From Atribacterota bacterium (GTDB lineage: Bacteria > Atribacterota > Phoenicimicrobiia > Phoenicimicrobiales > Stramentimicrobiaceae), in the NCBI GenBank assembly GCA_040767965.1, contig JAXGNR010000004.1:1-64000 (forward strand): a stretch of DNA of 64,000 bases, given 5' to 3'. The position numbers were made by a program, and so were the translations under genes. The notes beneath the pieces were generated by a model. It ran no database searches and was not told the origin of the DNA. It was given only the letters and a program-made list of their open reading frames with translations. Position 1 is the first letter of the stretch, and each line of letters opens with the position of its first letter. Of the stretch, positions 30,336 to 40,468 are shown piece by piece.

Positions 30336-31427
30336 ATGAGAAAAAAAAGAAGAATTGCAATTCTTACCGGAGGAGGAGATTGCCCGGGTATTAATGCTGT
30401 AATTCGTGCAATAACAAAAAAGGCGATTCTTGAATATGATATGGAAGTTATAGGTATCAAAGATGGTTATGAAGGATTAATTCATAATCAGTACCGGCTT
30501 TTGAGTTATGATGATGTATCCGGGATTCTTACTTTAGGAGGAACCATTTTGGGTACCACCAACAAGGCTAATCCTTTTGAATATGCAATTAAAGACGGAC
30601 AGCAATTGAAGTTCCAGGATCGCTCTGGTGATGTTTTAAAAAATCTTGAGGAGTTAAATATTGAGTGTCTGGTTTGTATTGGAGGAGATGGAACTCTCTG
30701 GATTTCAAATCGTTTTTATGAAATTGGAGTACCGGTTGTTGGAGTGCCCAAGACAATTGATAATGATATCAGAGGGACAGATATTACTTTTGGTTTTGAT
30801 TCAGCAGTTAGCATTGCAACAGAAGGCATAGATCGTATTCATTCAACTGCTCAATCTCATCATCGTATTATGTTAATAGAAGTAATGGGCAGGAAGGCAG
30901 GCTGGATTGCTCTGCATTCGGGCATAGCTGGTGGAGGAGATATAATTTTAATTCCGGAAATCCCGTTCAAAATTAATAGAATAGTTGATTATGTTAAAAA
31001 AAGAAGAGAAACAGGGCGTTATTTTAGTATTATTGTAATTGCAGAAGGAGCCATGCCAGAAGGGGGAGAAGTTGTTGTTAGAAGAATAGTGCAGGAAAGC
31101 GCTGAACAGGTACGTTTAGGGGGAATTAGTTTTGTTTTAGGGGAACAAATAGAAAGGATGATTGAGCTGGAAACTCGCTCTGTAGTAATGGGTCATTTGC
31201 AGCGTGGCGGGACACCCACTCCTTTTGATCGTGTTTTGGCAACTCGGTTAGGCTCAAAGGCAGTTGATTTGATAACTAAAAAAAGATTTGGGAAGATGGT
31301 AAGTGTTCAGGGAAATCATTTGGTAGATTTTCCTTTGAAGGAAGTTGCTAAAGGCCCTCGTTTTATTCCCAGTGACCATGAGTTGATTTTAGCAGGTAGA
31401 GAAATCGGAGTCTGCTTTGGAAATTAG
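30336..31427 (+). CDS. pfkA: 6-phosphofructokinase (group III type)
   Basis: TGGGDCPG, GGDGT, PKTIDND, EVMGR, GHLQRGG. Confidence 0.93.
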   Translation: MRKKRRIAILTGGGDCPGINAVIRAITKKAILEYDMEVIGIKDGYEGLIHNQYRLLSYDDVSGILTLGGTILGTTNKANPFEYAIKDGQQLKFQDRSGDVLKNLEELNIECLVCIGGDGTLWISNRFYEIGVPVVGVPKTIDNDIRGTDITFGFDSAVSIATEGIDRIHSTAQSHHRIMLIEVMGRKAGWIALHSGIAGGGDIILIPEIPFKINRIVDYVKKRRETGRYFSIIVIAEGAMPEGGEVVVRRIVQESAEQVRLGGISFVLGEQIERMIELETRSVVMGHLQRGGTPTPFDRVLATRLGSKAVDLITKKRFGKMVSVQGNHLVDFPLKEVAKGPRFIPSDHELILAGREIGVCFGN

Positions 31428-31444
31428 TAGAAATTTTTATGTTT

Positions 31445-32236
31445 TTATATTATAACCTGGGGGATAGCTAGTTCTGGGTGTTCAATGATATGAGCTTTTG
31501 TTTTATATACTTTTTTCAAATTGTCATTATTAATAACTTCTCTGACGGTACCTGTTTTTTCGATTTTACCTTTGTTAAGCAGAATTAAGCGATCTGCACA
31601 ATAACTGGCCAGGTTAAGGTCATGAAAAACAGAGATGATACATTTTATACCCTCTTGAAAAGTATTTTTTAGAATTTTTATTATCTCATATTTATAGTTT
31701 AAATCCAGGTGAGAGGTAAACTCATCCAATAAAAGTATTTTTGGGGTTTGGGCTAAAGCCCGGGCGATATATACCCGTTGCATTTCACCGCCACTTATCT
31801 GGAAAATCCCTTTGTCAGCATGGCACAATGAATCAGTCTTTTTCATAGCATCCTTAGAAATTTCATAATCCAGCAATGTTTCTCCATGCCATTTTTCTAT
31901 ATGTGGTATTCTCCCCATAAATACAACTTCTTTGGCTTTGTAATTATAGGCAATATGGGATTCCTGAGGAACAACTGAAATTATTTTTGCCAGTTTTTTT
32001 CTTGATATAGCTGTAATATCTTTATTTAATATCTGTATTTGTCCGTCCTGAGGTTTTAGTATGCCTGAAATTAGTTTTAACAAAGTTGTCTTGCCTGATC
32101 CGTTGGGACCGATAATACCGATAAATTCACCAGAAAATACTGATAAGTTGATATCTTGTAATATAGGGGTTTTTTCATAAGAAAAACTCACATCGTTAAA
32201 AGTTATAATGGGTTCTCTAATATTCATTGTTATCAT
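31445..32236 (-). CDS. btuD: Cobalamin ABC transporter ATPase
   Basis: GPNGSGKT, ISGGE, LLDE; operon under B12 riboswitch. Confidence 0.82.
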   Translation of the reverse strand: MITMNIREPIITFNDVSFSYEKTPILQDINLSVFSGEFIGIIGPNGSGKTTLLKLISGILKPQDGQIQILNKDITAISRKKLAKIISVVPQESHIAYNYKAKEVVFMGRIPHIEKWHGETLLDYEISKDAMKKTDSLCHADKGIFQISGGEMQRVYIARALAQTPKILLLDEFTSHLDLNYKYEIIKILKNTFQEGIKCIISVFHDLNLASYCADRLILLNKGKIEKTGTVREVINNDNLKKVYKTKAHIIEHPELAIPQVII

Positions 32237-33293
32237 TTCTCCTTTTTAGTAGGTGAATAAACAAAGGTGCACCGATAATGGCAGTTATAGCCCCAATAGG
32301 GATTTCAGTGGGGGCTATAATAGTGCGGGCAATAGTATCGCATAATATTAAAAATATTGCACCGGCCAGTGCTGATACCGGTAGCATAATCCGATGGTCA
32401 GGCCCAACCAGAAGGCGGGCAATATGAGGGATAACCAGCCCCACAAAGCCAATTAACCCCGTAAATGATACTACAATAGCAATCATAACAGAACCAATCA
32501 CAAATATTTTCAATCTCAATTTTTCCGTTTGAATTCCCAGGTGGAGTGCTTCTTCTTCACCCAGAGCCATTGCGTTTAATTCCATTGAAGAAAATATTAA
32601 CAGAAAACTTCCTACAAAAACCGGCAAAAAAACAAAAGATATTTTTTGCCAGCTGGCATTAGATAGATCACCCATTAACCAAAAAATCATTGAATGTAAC
32701 TCACGGTTGGATATTGCCAGTAAAAGGGTAATTAATGCTGAGAAAAAAAAATTAACTGCTACTCCGGCCAGTAATAAATCAGTCATAGGCAGGTTAGATT
32801 TGTTTCTAGAGAAAATGTATACCAAAAACATAGATATAAAAGATCCTGTCAGGGCAAAAACTGGCAACAGACTTGCTAAGTAGGAACCTGTTAGATATTG
32901 TAAGGCAATCCCGGTACATGCCCCTAAGGCTGCTCCTGCTGAAACTCCCAAAATATAAGGGTCAGCCAGTGGATTCCTGAGAATTCCCTGAAATGCACCA
33001 CCAACTCCAGCTAAAGTCATACCAGCAAGCATAGCCATAATTAGCCGGGGTATTCTTAATTCCCATATGATTAATCCTAGGCTGTCATCAGTTTGGTGAT
33101 GCCAGAGAATAGATATAATCTTTTGTGGCTGAATGGAGATTGTACCAAAATTAAGTCCAATAAATCCAGTTATTAAAATAACGATAAAGCCAAGCAAGAG
33201 GATAAAAAGTGATTTCCATTTCCAATTTGCATATTCATATATATAATTACTATTTTTTTCTGCTAAATACTTCATAAAGTAATTCCAAACCAT
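32217..33293 (-). CDS. btuC: Cobalamin ABC transporter permease (FecCD/BtuC)
   Basis: 'LRIPR', 'RNPLADPYILGVSAGA', 'GEEEALHLG', 'IGFVGLVIPH'; start likely 33275. Confidence 0.85.
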   Translation of the reverse strand: MVWNYFMKYLAEKNSNYIYEYANWKWKSLFILLLGFIVILITGFIGLNFGTISIQPQKIISILWHHQTDDSLGLIIWELRIPRLIMAMLAGMTLAGVGGAFQGILRNPLADPYILGVSAGAALGACTGIALQYLTGSYLASLLPVFALTGSFISMFLVYIFSRNKSNLPMTDLLLAGVAVNFFFSALITLLLAISNRELHSMIFWLMGDLSNASWQKISFVFLPVFVGSFLLIFSSMELNAMALGEEEALHLGIQTEKLRLKIFVIGSVMIAIVVSFTGLIGFVGLVIPHIARLLVGPDHRIMLPVSALAGAIFLILCDTIARTIIAPTEIPIGAITAIIGAPLFIHLLKRRNDNNEY

Positions 33294-34200
33294 CTATAAG
33301 GCGAGGACCTGCTCTATAAAACAAGTCTTCATCAACAGTATAAATTTGTTTATTTTTAATCGCAGGAATATTAGACCATCCGGGATGATTTATAATATCC
33401 TGTTCTAATTTGGAGATTTCTTCAGGATTCATAATACCTGTAGGAACAATGATTATATCAGGTTGTTTTTCTGCTACCAGCTCAGGGCTGATCTTGGTCC
33501 ATCCCTGTAAATGCCCGACTATATTGTCTCCACCTGCTAAAGTAATAAGTTCATGGAATAATGTATTATTCCCTGGGCTGTAAATAGTGTCAAAATTAGA
33601 TCCTACAAAAATTTTCGGTTTTTGTCTGGATGAAATCTTAGCCTGAAATGTTATCCAGTCTATACGATCTTGTATTTGGGTTATTATTTCTTTTCCCTTT
33701 TCCAGAACCCCGCAGGCATTTGCAATTAACTTAATTCCTTCAATCATCTCTGGAATTGTTTCTGATTGGATTACCAAAACATTAAACCCTAATTCTCTCA
33801 ATCTGGGTATATCTTTTAATTGAAAACCTCCATAAGAAAGAATCAAATCCGGATCTAAAGAGATAATTTTTTCTAAGTTAAGAGGAGACATTTTACCAAT
33901 GCTTGTTATCTTTGCAGCCTCTAATGGGTAATTGCAAAATTCACTTCTACCAACCAGTTTTTCTTCCAGGCCAAGTGTGAAAATAATTTCAGTATTACTG
34001 GGAGCAGCTGAAATAATTCTGGCTGGTTTTTCTAAAATAGTTATCTCTATTCCACTGTCATCGGTTAAAGTAACCGGGAACGAATTTGATTGTCCTGATG
34101 CGGGCATTAAAAACAAAAATAAACTAGCCAGCAAGCAAAGTAAAAATGTATATTTTACCACAACATATTTTTTCATATTAATTTTAGTCCTTTTTATCAC
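33250..34200 (-). CDS. btuF: Cobalamin-binding protein
   Basis: 'PARIISAAPSNTEI', 'LEKIISLDPDL', 'RAGPRL'. Confidence 0.85.
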   Translation of the reverse strand: MIKRTKINMKKYVVVKYTFLLCLLASLFLFLMPASGQSNSFPVTLTDDSGIEITILEKPARIISAAPSNTEIIFTLGLEEKLVGRSEFCNYPLEAAKITSIGKMSPLNLEKIISLDPDLILSYGGFQLKDIPRLRELGFNVLVIQSETIPEMIEGIKLIANACGVLEKGKEIITQIQDRIDWITFQAKISSRQKPKIFVGSNFDTIYSPGNNTLFHELITLAGGDNIVGHLQGWTKISPELVAEKQPDIIIVPTGIMNPEEISKLEQDIINHPGWSNIPAIKNKQIYTVDEDLFYRAGPRLIDGLELLYEVFSRKK

Positions 34201-34234
34201 CTATAAAGTTTCATAAAATATTTTATAAAATAAA

Positions 34235-34265
34235 TAAATACACCTCTTGACCGCGAAGAAGTGTA
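34235..34265 (-). terminator. Candidate riboswitch expression-platform terminator
   Basis: TACAC.TCTT..AAGA.GTGTA hairpin followed by a T-rich run on the minus strand, between aptamer and btuF. Confidence 0.5.
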
Positions 34266-34273
34266 AAAAATTT

Positions 34274-34420
34274 AAAACAGGCAGGTCTCCTGGCTTTAGG
34301 CTATCTACTGGCTACGCCTTCCCAGAAATTGATCCCAGTGGCATTATGTAGTTTTCGGTACCTTTCACAGTAACGGGTTTGCGGTGGAATTGCACCACGC
34401 TTCCCTTTACCTGTTAAAAA
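34274..34420 (-). ncRNA. Cobalamin riboswitch
   Basis: Minus strand AGGGAA..GGTGCAATTCC..CCC..ACTGT..GCCACTGG..GGGAAGG..AGCCAGGAGACCTGCC (B12 box). Confidence 0.93.
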
Positions 34421-34559
34421 AGTTATTCTATTTTTTTATTATAGCTAAAATAGAATAAAAATTCAATTTTGTTTGAAAATATAAATTTAATTATAATATT
34501 TTTCAATGACTGCTATATTGTGATAAACTTAATACAAAGTGATATAATGAGGTAGTTTT

Positions 34560-35075
34560 ATGAATGGGTTAATTCAGGTTTACACAGGAAATGGCAAAGG
34601 CAAGACCACTGCTGCGCTTGGGCTGGCAATAAGGGCGGCAGGTAGAAATAAAAAAATATTAATTATTCAATTTATGAAGAAATGGGACTACGGAGAATTA
34701 CACTCAATCAAACATATCCCGGAAATAAAAATAAAAACATATGGCACAAATGATTTTGTATTTAAAGGTAAAGCCAAAGATATTGATTATGAGGAAGCCA
34801 AAAAAGCCTTTACTGAAGGCGTAGAAGGTGCTTTTAGCGGTCAATTTGATATAATTATTTTTGATGAATTAAATGTTGCTCTGGATTTTGAATTACTGAC
34901 ATTAGAAGCAGTTCTTGATTTTTTGGATAAAAAACCTGCCAGTGTAGAGATTATCATAACAGGAAGAAATGCACCTCAACAATTAATAGAGAAAGCAGAT
35001 TTGGTAACCGAAATGAATGAGATAAAACACCCTTTTCAAAGAGGAATAGAAGCCAGGATCGGGATTGAATATTAG
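34560..35075 (+). CDS. cobO: Cob(I)alamin adenosyltransferase (CobO/BtuR)
   Basis: YTGNGKGKTTAALG, QFMK, DE, TGR, KHPF..G...GIEY. Confidence 0.92.
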   Translation: MNGLIQVYTGNGKGKTTAALGLAIRAAGRNKKILIIQFMKKWDYGELHSIKHIPEIKIKTYGTNDFVFKGKAKDIDYEEAKKAFTEGVEGAFSGQFDIIIFDELNVALDFELLTLEAVLDFLDKKPASVEIIITGRNAPQQLIEKADLVTEMNEIKHPFQRGIEARIGIEY

Positions 35076-35096
35076 ATTGTTTTAGAAGGTGAAACT

Positions 35097-35342
35097 ATGG
35101 AAAATAATAATGGTTATCGGGAATCAAAAATTATAGAGTTATGTAGAGTACCAACTGAAGTAGATGCTCTGCCAATCCAAAGCCTGTTGGAAAGTTATGG
35201 AATTAAATGTATTTTACAATCACATGTTACCAGGTCAGTCCATCCATTTACTGTTGATGGCTTGGCTGAAGTAAGAATATTAATTGCTGAAAAAGATTTA
35301 GCCAAAGCAAAGGATGTTCTAAAAGGAGGAGATTGTTTTTAG
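35097..35342 (+). CDS. DUF2007-like small protein
   Basis: 'A..IQSLLESYGI', 'GLAEVRILI...D...A'. Confidence 0.7.
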   Translation: MENNNGYRESKIIELCRVPTEVDALPIQSLLESYGIKCILQSHVTRSVHPFTVDGLAEVRILIAEKDLAKAKDVLKGGDCF

Positions 35343-35429
35343 CTATATATTTATATATTCTACTGTAACTATAACTAGCTCCTTTTAAAAATATACAGAA
35401 AATCAAAAATAGAAGAGGAGGATTTTTAA

Positions 35430-35906
35430 TTGGATAGTATTTTAATTATTTATCACTCTCAAGGAGGCATAGTCGAAAAAATGGCTTATGCCCTAAAAAA
35501 GGGTATTGAAAAAACAAACAAATTTCAAGTGGAGATTAAAAATGCGGAAGATGCATCCTGGGATGATTTAAAGAAAGCAAAAGGTTTTGCAGTAGGGACG
35601 CCTGATTATTTTGACTATATGGCTGGTACGATAAAAGATTTTTTCGATCGTACATTTTATCCAAGCCAAAGCAAGATAATTGGCAGTCTAACAGCTAATT
35701 TGCCCTGTGTATTCTTTGCTTCCGGAGGCACTGGTGGAAAGCCGGCTATTGACAGCTTGACTCAAATTGGTAAATACTTTAAATTTGATATTATTGATTA
35801 TTTGTCTGTAGGCAGCAAATTAACACCGGAAATTCTAAAAAAAAGTGAAGATCTTGGTGAGAAATTGGCTGCTAGTGTTTTAAATGGCCAAATGGAGAGT
35901 AATTAA
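35430..35906 (+). CDS. Flavodoxin-fold protein
   Basis: 'IYHSQGG..EKMA', 'GTPDYF.YMAG.IKDFFDR'. Confidence 0.85.
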   Translation: MDSILIIYHSQGGIVEKMAYALKKGIEKTNKFQVEIKNAEDASWDDLKKAKGFAVGTPDYFDYMAGTIKDFFDRTFYPSQSKIIGSLTANLPCVFFASGGTGGKPAIDSLTQIGKYFKFDIIDYLSVGSKLTPEILKKSEDLGEKLAASVLNGQMESN

Positions 35907-35907
35907 C

Positions 35908-35938
35908 TTGACATAATGATACCGATATAGTATCATTA
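35908..35938 (+). promoter_or_regulatory. Promoter with palindromic operator for Rrf2 operon
   Basis: TTGACA 35908-35913, 17 nt, TATCAT 35931-35936; TAATGATAC-N7-GTATCATTA 35914-35938. Confidence 0.7.
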
Positions 35939-35959
35939 ATGGAAGAGGTTAATTGCTTT

Positions 35960-36388
35960 ATGAAGATGATTAATAGGGAAATTGGTTATGCCATTAAGGC
36001 ACTGTGCTTTATGGTTATAGAAGAAAAAGATATTGCTACTACCAGTCAGATGGCTGCGTATTTTAAAATTTCCAGGCCTTTTTTAAGAAAAATACTACAA
36101 AAATTAAACAAGGTTGGTTTATTAGAGTCGCATAAAGGCAAAAATGGTGGTTTTAAATTAGCTCTTCCTATTAGTGAAATTTTTTTAATTGATTTAATAA
36201 AAATATTTCAAGGGCCGATAAAGTTAAGCGGGTGTTACAAAAAAGACGATGATTGCCCTTTGATTGCGGAATGCCCTATTATGTCTGAAATAGAAAGATT
36301 AGAAAAAAATTTTATTGCAGACCTGGCTAAAATATCTTTAAAAACAATTGTTGAGAAAAAACAGATAGAAGAAGATCAAGATCAGTAA
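35960..36388 (+). CDS. Rrf2 family transcriptional regulator with three Cys
   Basis: 'YAIKAL', 'FLRKILQKL...S.KG.NGGF.L', C-x6-C-x5-C; start moved to ATG after GAGG. Confidence 0.88.
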   Translation: MKMINREIGYAIKALCFMVIEEKDIATTSQMAAYFKISRPFLRKILQKLNKVGLLESHKGKNGGFKLALPISEIFLIDLIKIFQGPIKLSGCYKKDDDCPLIAECPIMSEIERLEKNFIADLAKISLKTIVEKKQIEEDQDQ

Positions 36389-36403
36389 GGAGGAAATTTT
36401 GAT

Positions 36404-36625
36404 ATGAGAGATAAGGTAGAGAAAGCTTTGGATAAAATTAGACCATCTTTACAGGCAGATGGCGGTAATGTTGAGCTGGTAGATGTAACTGAAGATGGTA
36501 TTGTAAAAGTCCGGTTAACCGGTGCTTGTAGAGGATGCCCGATGAGCCAGATGACTCTCAAAATGGGTATTGAAAAATCTTTGATGAAAGAGATACCTGA
36601 AGTTAAAGAAGTTCAGGCAGTCTAA
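36404..36625 (+). CDS. NifU C-terminal (Nfu) domain protein
   Basis: 'IRPSLQADGGNVELV', 'GACRGCP'. Confidence 0.92.
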   Translation: MRDKVEKALDKIRPSLQADGGNVELVDVTEDGIVKVRLTGACRGCPMSQMTLKMGIEKSLMKEIPEVKEVQAV

Positions 36626-36666
36626 AATTATAAAAATAAAAAGAAAATTGATAGCGGAGGAGTTAA

Positions 36667-37242
36667 ATGGCTACAGTTAAAGGTACAGAAACTGAAAGAA
36701 ACTTATTAGCTGCATTTGCAGGGGAATCTCAAGCTAGAAATAGATATACTTATTATGCTAGTGTTGCCAAAAAAGAAGGATATGAACAGGTTGCTGCTAT
36801 TTTCCAGGAGACTGCAGATAACGAGAAAGAGCATGCAAAGAGATTTTTTAAGCTGTTAGAGGGCGGGGAAGTAGAGATTAAGGCAAGTTATCCTGCTGGA
36901 TTAATTGGTACTACAGCTGAAAATTTAAAGGAAGCAGCTGATGGAGAACTAATGGAATGGGGCACAATCTACAGAGATGCCGCTGATGTTGCCAGAAAAG
37001 AAGGTTTTGAGAAAATTGCCTTACAATTTGAGGAAATAGCAAAAGTTGAAATGCACCATGAAGCAAGATATCGTAAATTGTTAGAAAATATTGAAAAAGG
37101 AAATGTATTTAAGAAAAATCAGCAAGTCATATGGCATTGTAGGAATTGTGGTTATGTTGTTGAAGGAGCCCAGGCTCCCCAAAAGTGCCCTGCTTGTGAC
37201 CATCCGCAAGCTTTTTTCCAGTTAAAAGCAGAAAACTATTAA
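36667..37242 (+). CDS. rbr: Rubrerythrin
   Basis: 'AFAGESQARNRY', EKEHA, C-terminal CRNCG..CPAC. Confidence 0.95.
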   Translation: MATVKGTETERNLLAAFAGESQARNRYTYYASVAKKEGYEQVAAIFQETADNEKEHAKRFFKLLEGGEVEIKASYPAGLIGTTAENLKEAADGELMEWGTIYRDAADVARKEGFEKIALQFEEIAKVEMHHEARYRKLLENIEKGNVFKKNQQVIWHCRNCGYVVEGAQAPQKCPACDHPQAFFQLKAENY

Positions 37243-37271
37243 TTGATATTTTTTTAGATTAAAAAATTAAA

Positions 37272-37309
37272 AATAAGAGCATATTTAAAAAAATAAATAT
37301 GCTCTTATT
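37272..37309. terminator. Bidirectional terminator
   Basis: AATAAGAGCATATTTA-N6-TAAATATGCTCTTATT perfect repeat between convergent genes. Confidence 0.75.
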
Positions 37310-37326
37310 ATTAAATTACTTAATTT

Positions 37327-37917
37327 TTAATTTACTATGAAATTTATATATTCTTCTACTGTTTTTTGACTTAAAACATCTTTCACTACTAATAGAAATT
37401 TATACTAACCCTTAGGGAAAGGTGAGTCTTGAGAGATGGTATTAGAGATAAATATTTCATTATTCGGCTGATGTGAGAGCACATGAAAGTCTAGATAATC
37501 TTTTTGTCCCCAAAGGATATTATCTTCCATATCCAGGATATAAATATCTTGTTTAAAATGTATCTCAAATAATCCTTGCTGAACTTTTTTAATAGTGTAA
37601 TTTTTTGGTTCGGCATAAATAAGAAATGTTTCTCCCTGGGCAAAAATATTACTTTCCTTTGCTTGGTAGAATCCAAACCCGCTGGCTTCATTTTCAATAA
37701 AATGAATATTCCTCAGCGCCAGATGTGCTTTTTCACGCAGAGCAAGAGCAGCCTGCTCTAATGTATCAATAGCTAAATTGTATTCCAGCTGTTCCAAATA
37801 ATCCAATGATTGTTCAATGAGATCTTTTTCAGCCGCAGCCGCTATTACTGATATTGTAATTAGCATTATGAAAACTATTGGAAGGGTAAAAAAAGTCAGT
37901 TTTTTTAAAAAATTCAT
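37327..37917 (-). CDS. Hypothetical secreted protein, in-frame TAG at 37405-37407
   Basis: Signal peptide, GGAGG RBS; frame continues 25 codons past TAG (YKFLLVVKDVLSQKTVEEYINFIVN) to TAA beside the terminator. Confidence 0.65.
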
Positions 37918-37944
37918 ATATCACCTCCACAGCATATTTAAAAA

Positions 37945-38505
37945 TTAAGGCATACGTGCTCTAGTGATTGGCCAGAACACAAAAGAAGCTCTTCCTATAA
38001 TATTTTTTTCCGGTACAAAACCCCAAAAACGGCTATCGCTGCTGTTACTTCGATTGTCACCTAAAACAAAATAAGAATCTTCAGGTACAGTTATTTCAGG
38101 CATTGTTTCAAAAGAATGGTGTTCCACATAATTTTCCACTAGCTTTTCTCCGTTTACGGAAACTTCTCCTCTTATAATTTCTATTTTGTCTCCCTCTACT
38201 CCAATAACTCTTTTAATATAATTATTGTTCTGGTCAATTGGCGGTTTAAAAATAATAATCTCACCATTCTTGGGCTCTGTCAGGCGATAGACTATTTTAT
38301 TGCAGATGAGTCTTTCTCTATTAAAAAGAGTGTCCTCCATAGAAGCTCCCTTTACCACTGTTACCTGACCGATAAAAGTAATGATAATAAAAGCAATAAT
38401 GCCTGCACTAACAACAGTTTCTAATAATTCTTGCCACATTGGTTTTACCTTTTTTGAATTTTCTTTATTTGTTTTTACATTAACAATATCTTCTTTCTTT
38501 GCCAT
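37945..38505 (-). CDS. lepB: Signal peptidase I
   Basis: GASME (Ser), YIKRVIG (Lys), GDNRSNSSDSR.WG. Confidence 0.95.
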   Translation of the reverse strand: MAKKEDIVNVKTNKENSKKVKPMWQELLETVVSAGIIAFIIITFIGQVTVVKGASMEDTLFNRERLICNKIVYRLTEPKNGEIIIFKPPIDQNNNYIKRVIGVEGDKIEIIRGEVSVNGEKLVENYVEHHSFETMPEITVPEDSYFVLGDNRSNSSDSRFWGFVPEKNIIGRASFVFWPITRARMP

Positions 38506-38689
38506 TTACTTCCCCTCTAATCATCTAAGAATAAATAATATTTTAATTTTAATAAAAATTATATCACACTTATATTTTTTACTTAAGTTAATTTTAATTT
38601 AGATGAAAAGTTAAAAAAATAATTTTATAATATATAATGTTAATAAAATGCACTATTAATTCAACGTTAATAGAGGAAAAATATTTGGT

Positions 38690-39403
38690 TTGCAAAAGAA
38701 AAAGGAGCATATTATCAATTCAATCGGTACCATTATTTTTGATTTAGATGATACTTTAATTAAAACTTCTGATTTATATCATCAGGCACGCAAAAAATTA
38801 TTTTCTTTAATTTCTGAAATGGGTTTTCCAATGGAAGATGTGGTAAACAAGCTTGATGAGATAGATATTCAACATATTAAAGAAAAGGGGTTTTCCAAAG
38901 AACGATATCCTCTAAGCTTAATTAAAACATATCATTATTTCTGTAATTTAAGAGAGATAAACCCTCGAGCAGAAATTGAGAAAAAGATTATAAAAATTGC
39001 CGGAGAAGTATTTGAGATTACACCGCAACTTGTAGATGGTTCAGAAAAGGTATTAAGTTATTTAAAGGGTAAATATAAATTAATCCTGGCTACTTTGGGA
39101 GATAGAGAAGTTCAACAGAAAAAAATAGAAAATTCAGGATTGGAAAACAATTTTTCGGCAATATATATAATGCATTTTAAAAATACAGAGGAATATAGAG
39201 GAATAATCAAAGATCATCAATTAAAAAAGGAGAGGACCTGGTTAATTGGTAATAGTGTTCGATCTGATTTGAATCCAGGATTAGAATTAGGATTAAATTG
39301 TATTTTAATACCTGCAGTTACCTGGAAATTTGAAGAAGAAAAACCAATTTCCAATAAATATATCGAATTAGAGTCGCTAACTGAAATATTAGCATTATTG
39401 TAA
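38690..39403 (+). CDS. HAD-superfamily hydrolase
   Basis: FDLDDTL motif I; 'IGNSVRSD'. Confidence 0.88.
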   Translation: MQKKKEHIINSIGTIIFDLDDTLIKTSDLYHQARKKLFSLISEMGFPMEDVVNKLDEIDIQHIKEKGFSKERYPLSLIKTYHYFCNLREINPRAEIEKKIIKIAGEVFEITPQLVDGSEKVLSYLKGKYKLILATLGDREVQQKKIENSGLENNFSAIYIMHFKNTEEYRGIIKDHQLKKERTWLIGNSVRSDLNPGLELGLNCILIPAVTWKFEEEKPISNKYIELESLTEILALL

Positions 39404-39422
39404 CAGGAGAAATAATTAACAT

Positions 39423-40346
39423 TTGACAAAAAAATATCCTTCTTATTTAAATTTAAGCGAAGAAGAGTTTGATGATCGTGTTCAAAAAGGCTATAAAGTA
39501 ATGCATTATTGCTGTATCTGTCCTCATAATTGTAAGGTGAACAGGATTGCAGGCCAAACAGGCAAATGTAAATCAACCATTCAGCTGTTAGTGTCTAGCC
39601 ATTGCGTGCATCCTGGAGAAGAACCTCCTATTTCTGGAGAAAAAGGCTCAGGTACGATATTTTTCACTAACTGTACTTTAAGGTGTGTTTTTTGTCAGAA
39701 TTATCCTATCAGCCAATTAGGAAATGGAAATAAAAATTCAATAAAAGAATTGGCGAAAATGATGATTAATTTGCAAAAGCAGCATTGTCACAATATAAAT
39801 TTGGTAACACCAACTCATTTTGTTCCTCAAATTATTGCAGCAATTAAAGAGGCAAAAATAAATGGGCTTAATATTCCCATTGTCTACAACTCCAGCGGAT
39901 ATGAATCTTTAGAAACATTACAGCTATTGGATGGTATTGTAGATATTTATTTGCCTGATGCTAAGTATTTTGATAATAAAAAAGCACAGCAATATTCCGG
40001 GGCTACAAATTATTTTCAAGCTATGACAAGAACTCTTCGGGAGATGTACAGGCAGGTGGGAAATTTAAAACTTGATCAAGATGGAATTGCGGTAAAAGGA
40101 CTAATTATAAGGCATTTAGTTTTACCTGACAATATAGCGGGAACAGAAGATATTTTAAAGTGGATTTCAAAAAATATTTCCAGAAAAATTTATATCAGTT
40201 TAATGGCGCAATATTTCCCAGCATATCAAAGCGTTGATTACCCTGAACTATATCGCAGAATAACCCAAAAGGAATATCGGGAAGCTATAAAGTATCTCCA
40301 CAATTATGATTTGTGCAATGGATGGATACAGCAGTACAATGAATAA
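39423..40346 (+). CDS. Radical SAM protein (PflX-like)
   Basis: CTLRCVFCQN, 'GEEPPISG', 'NINLVTPTH', 'IRHLVLP'. Confidence 0.88.
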   Translation: MTKKYPSYLNLSEEEFDDRVQKGYKVMHYCCICPHNCKVNRIAGQTGKCKSTIQLLVSSHCVHPGEEPPISGEKGSGTIFFTNCTLRCVFCQNYPISQLGNGNKNSIKELAKMMINLQKQHCHNINLVTPTHFVPQIIAAIKEAKINGLNIPIVYNSSGYESLETLQLLDGIVDIYLPDAKYFDNKKAQQYSGATNYFQAMTRTLREMYRQVGNLKLDQDGIAVKGLIIRHLVLPDNIAGTEDILKWISKNISRKIYISLMAQYFPAYQSVDYPELYRRITQKEYREAIKYLHNYDLCNGWIQQYNE

Positions 40347-40468
40347 TTTTTAATATTTTTATTTGTTATTTTATACCATCTAGATGGTGATTTATGTTAA
40401 ATTGTTATATATAACTATCATAAAATTAATTTTTCAGAAAAATTATAATAAATAGAAAGGAGTTAGAA

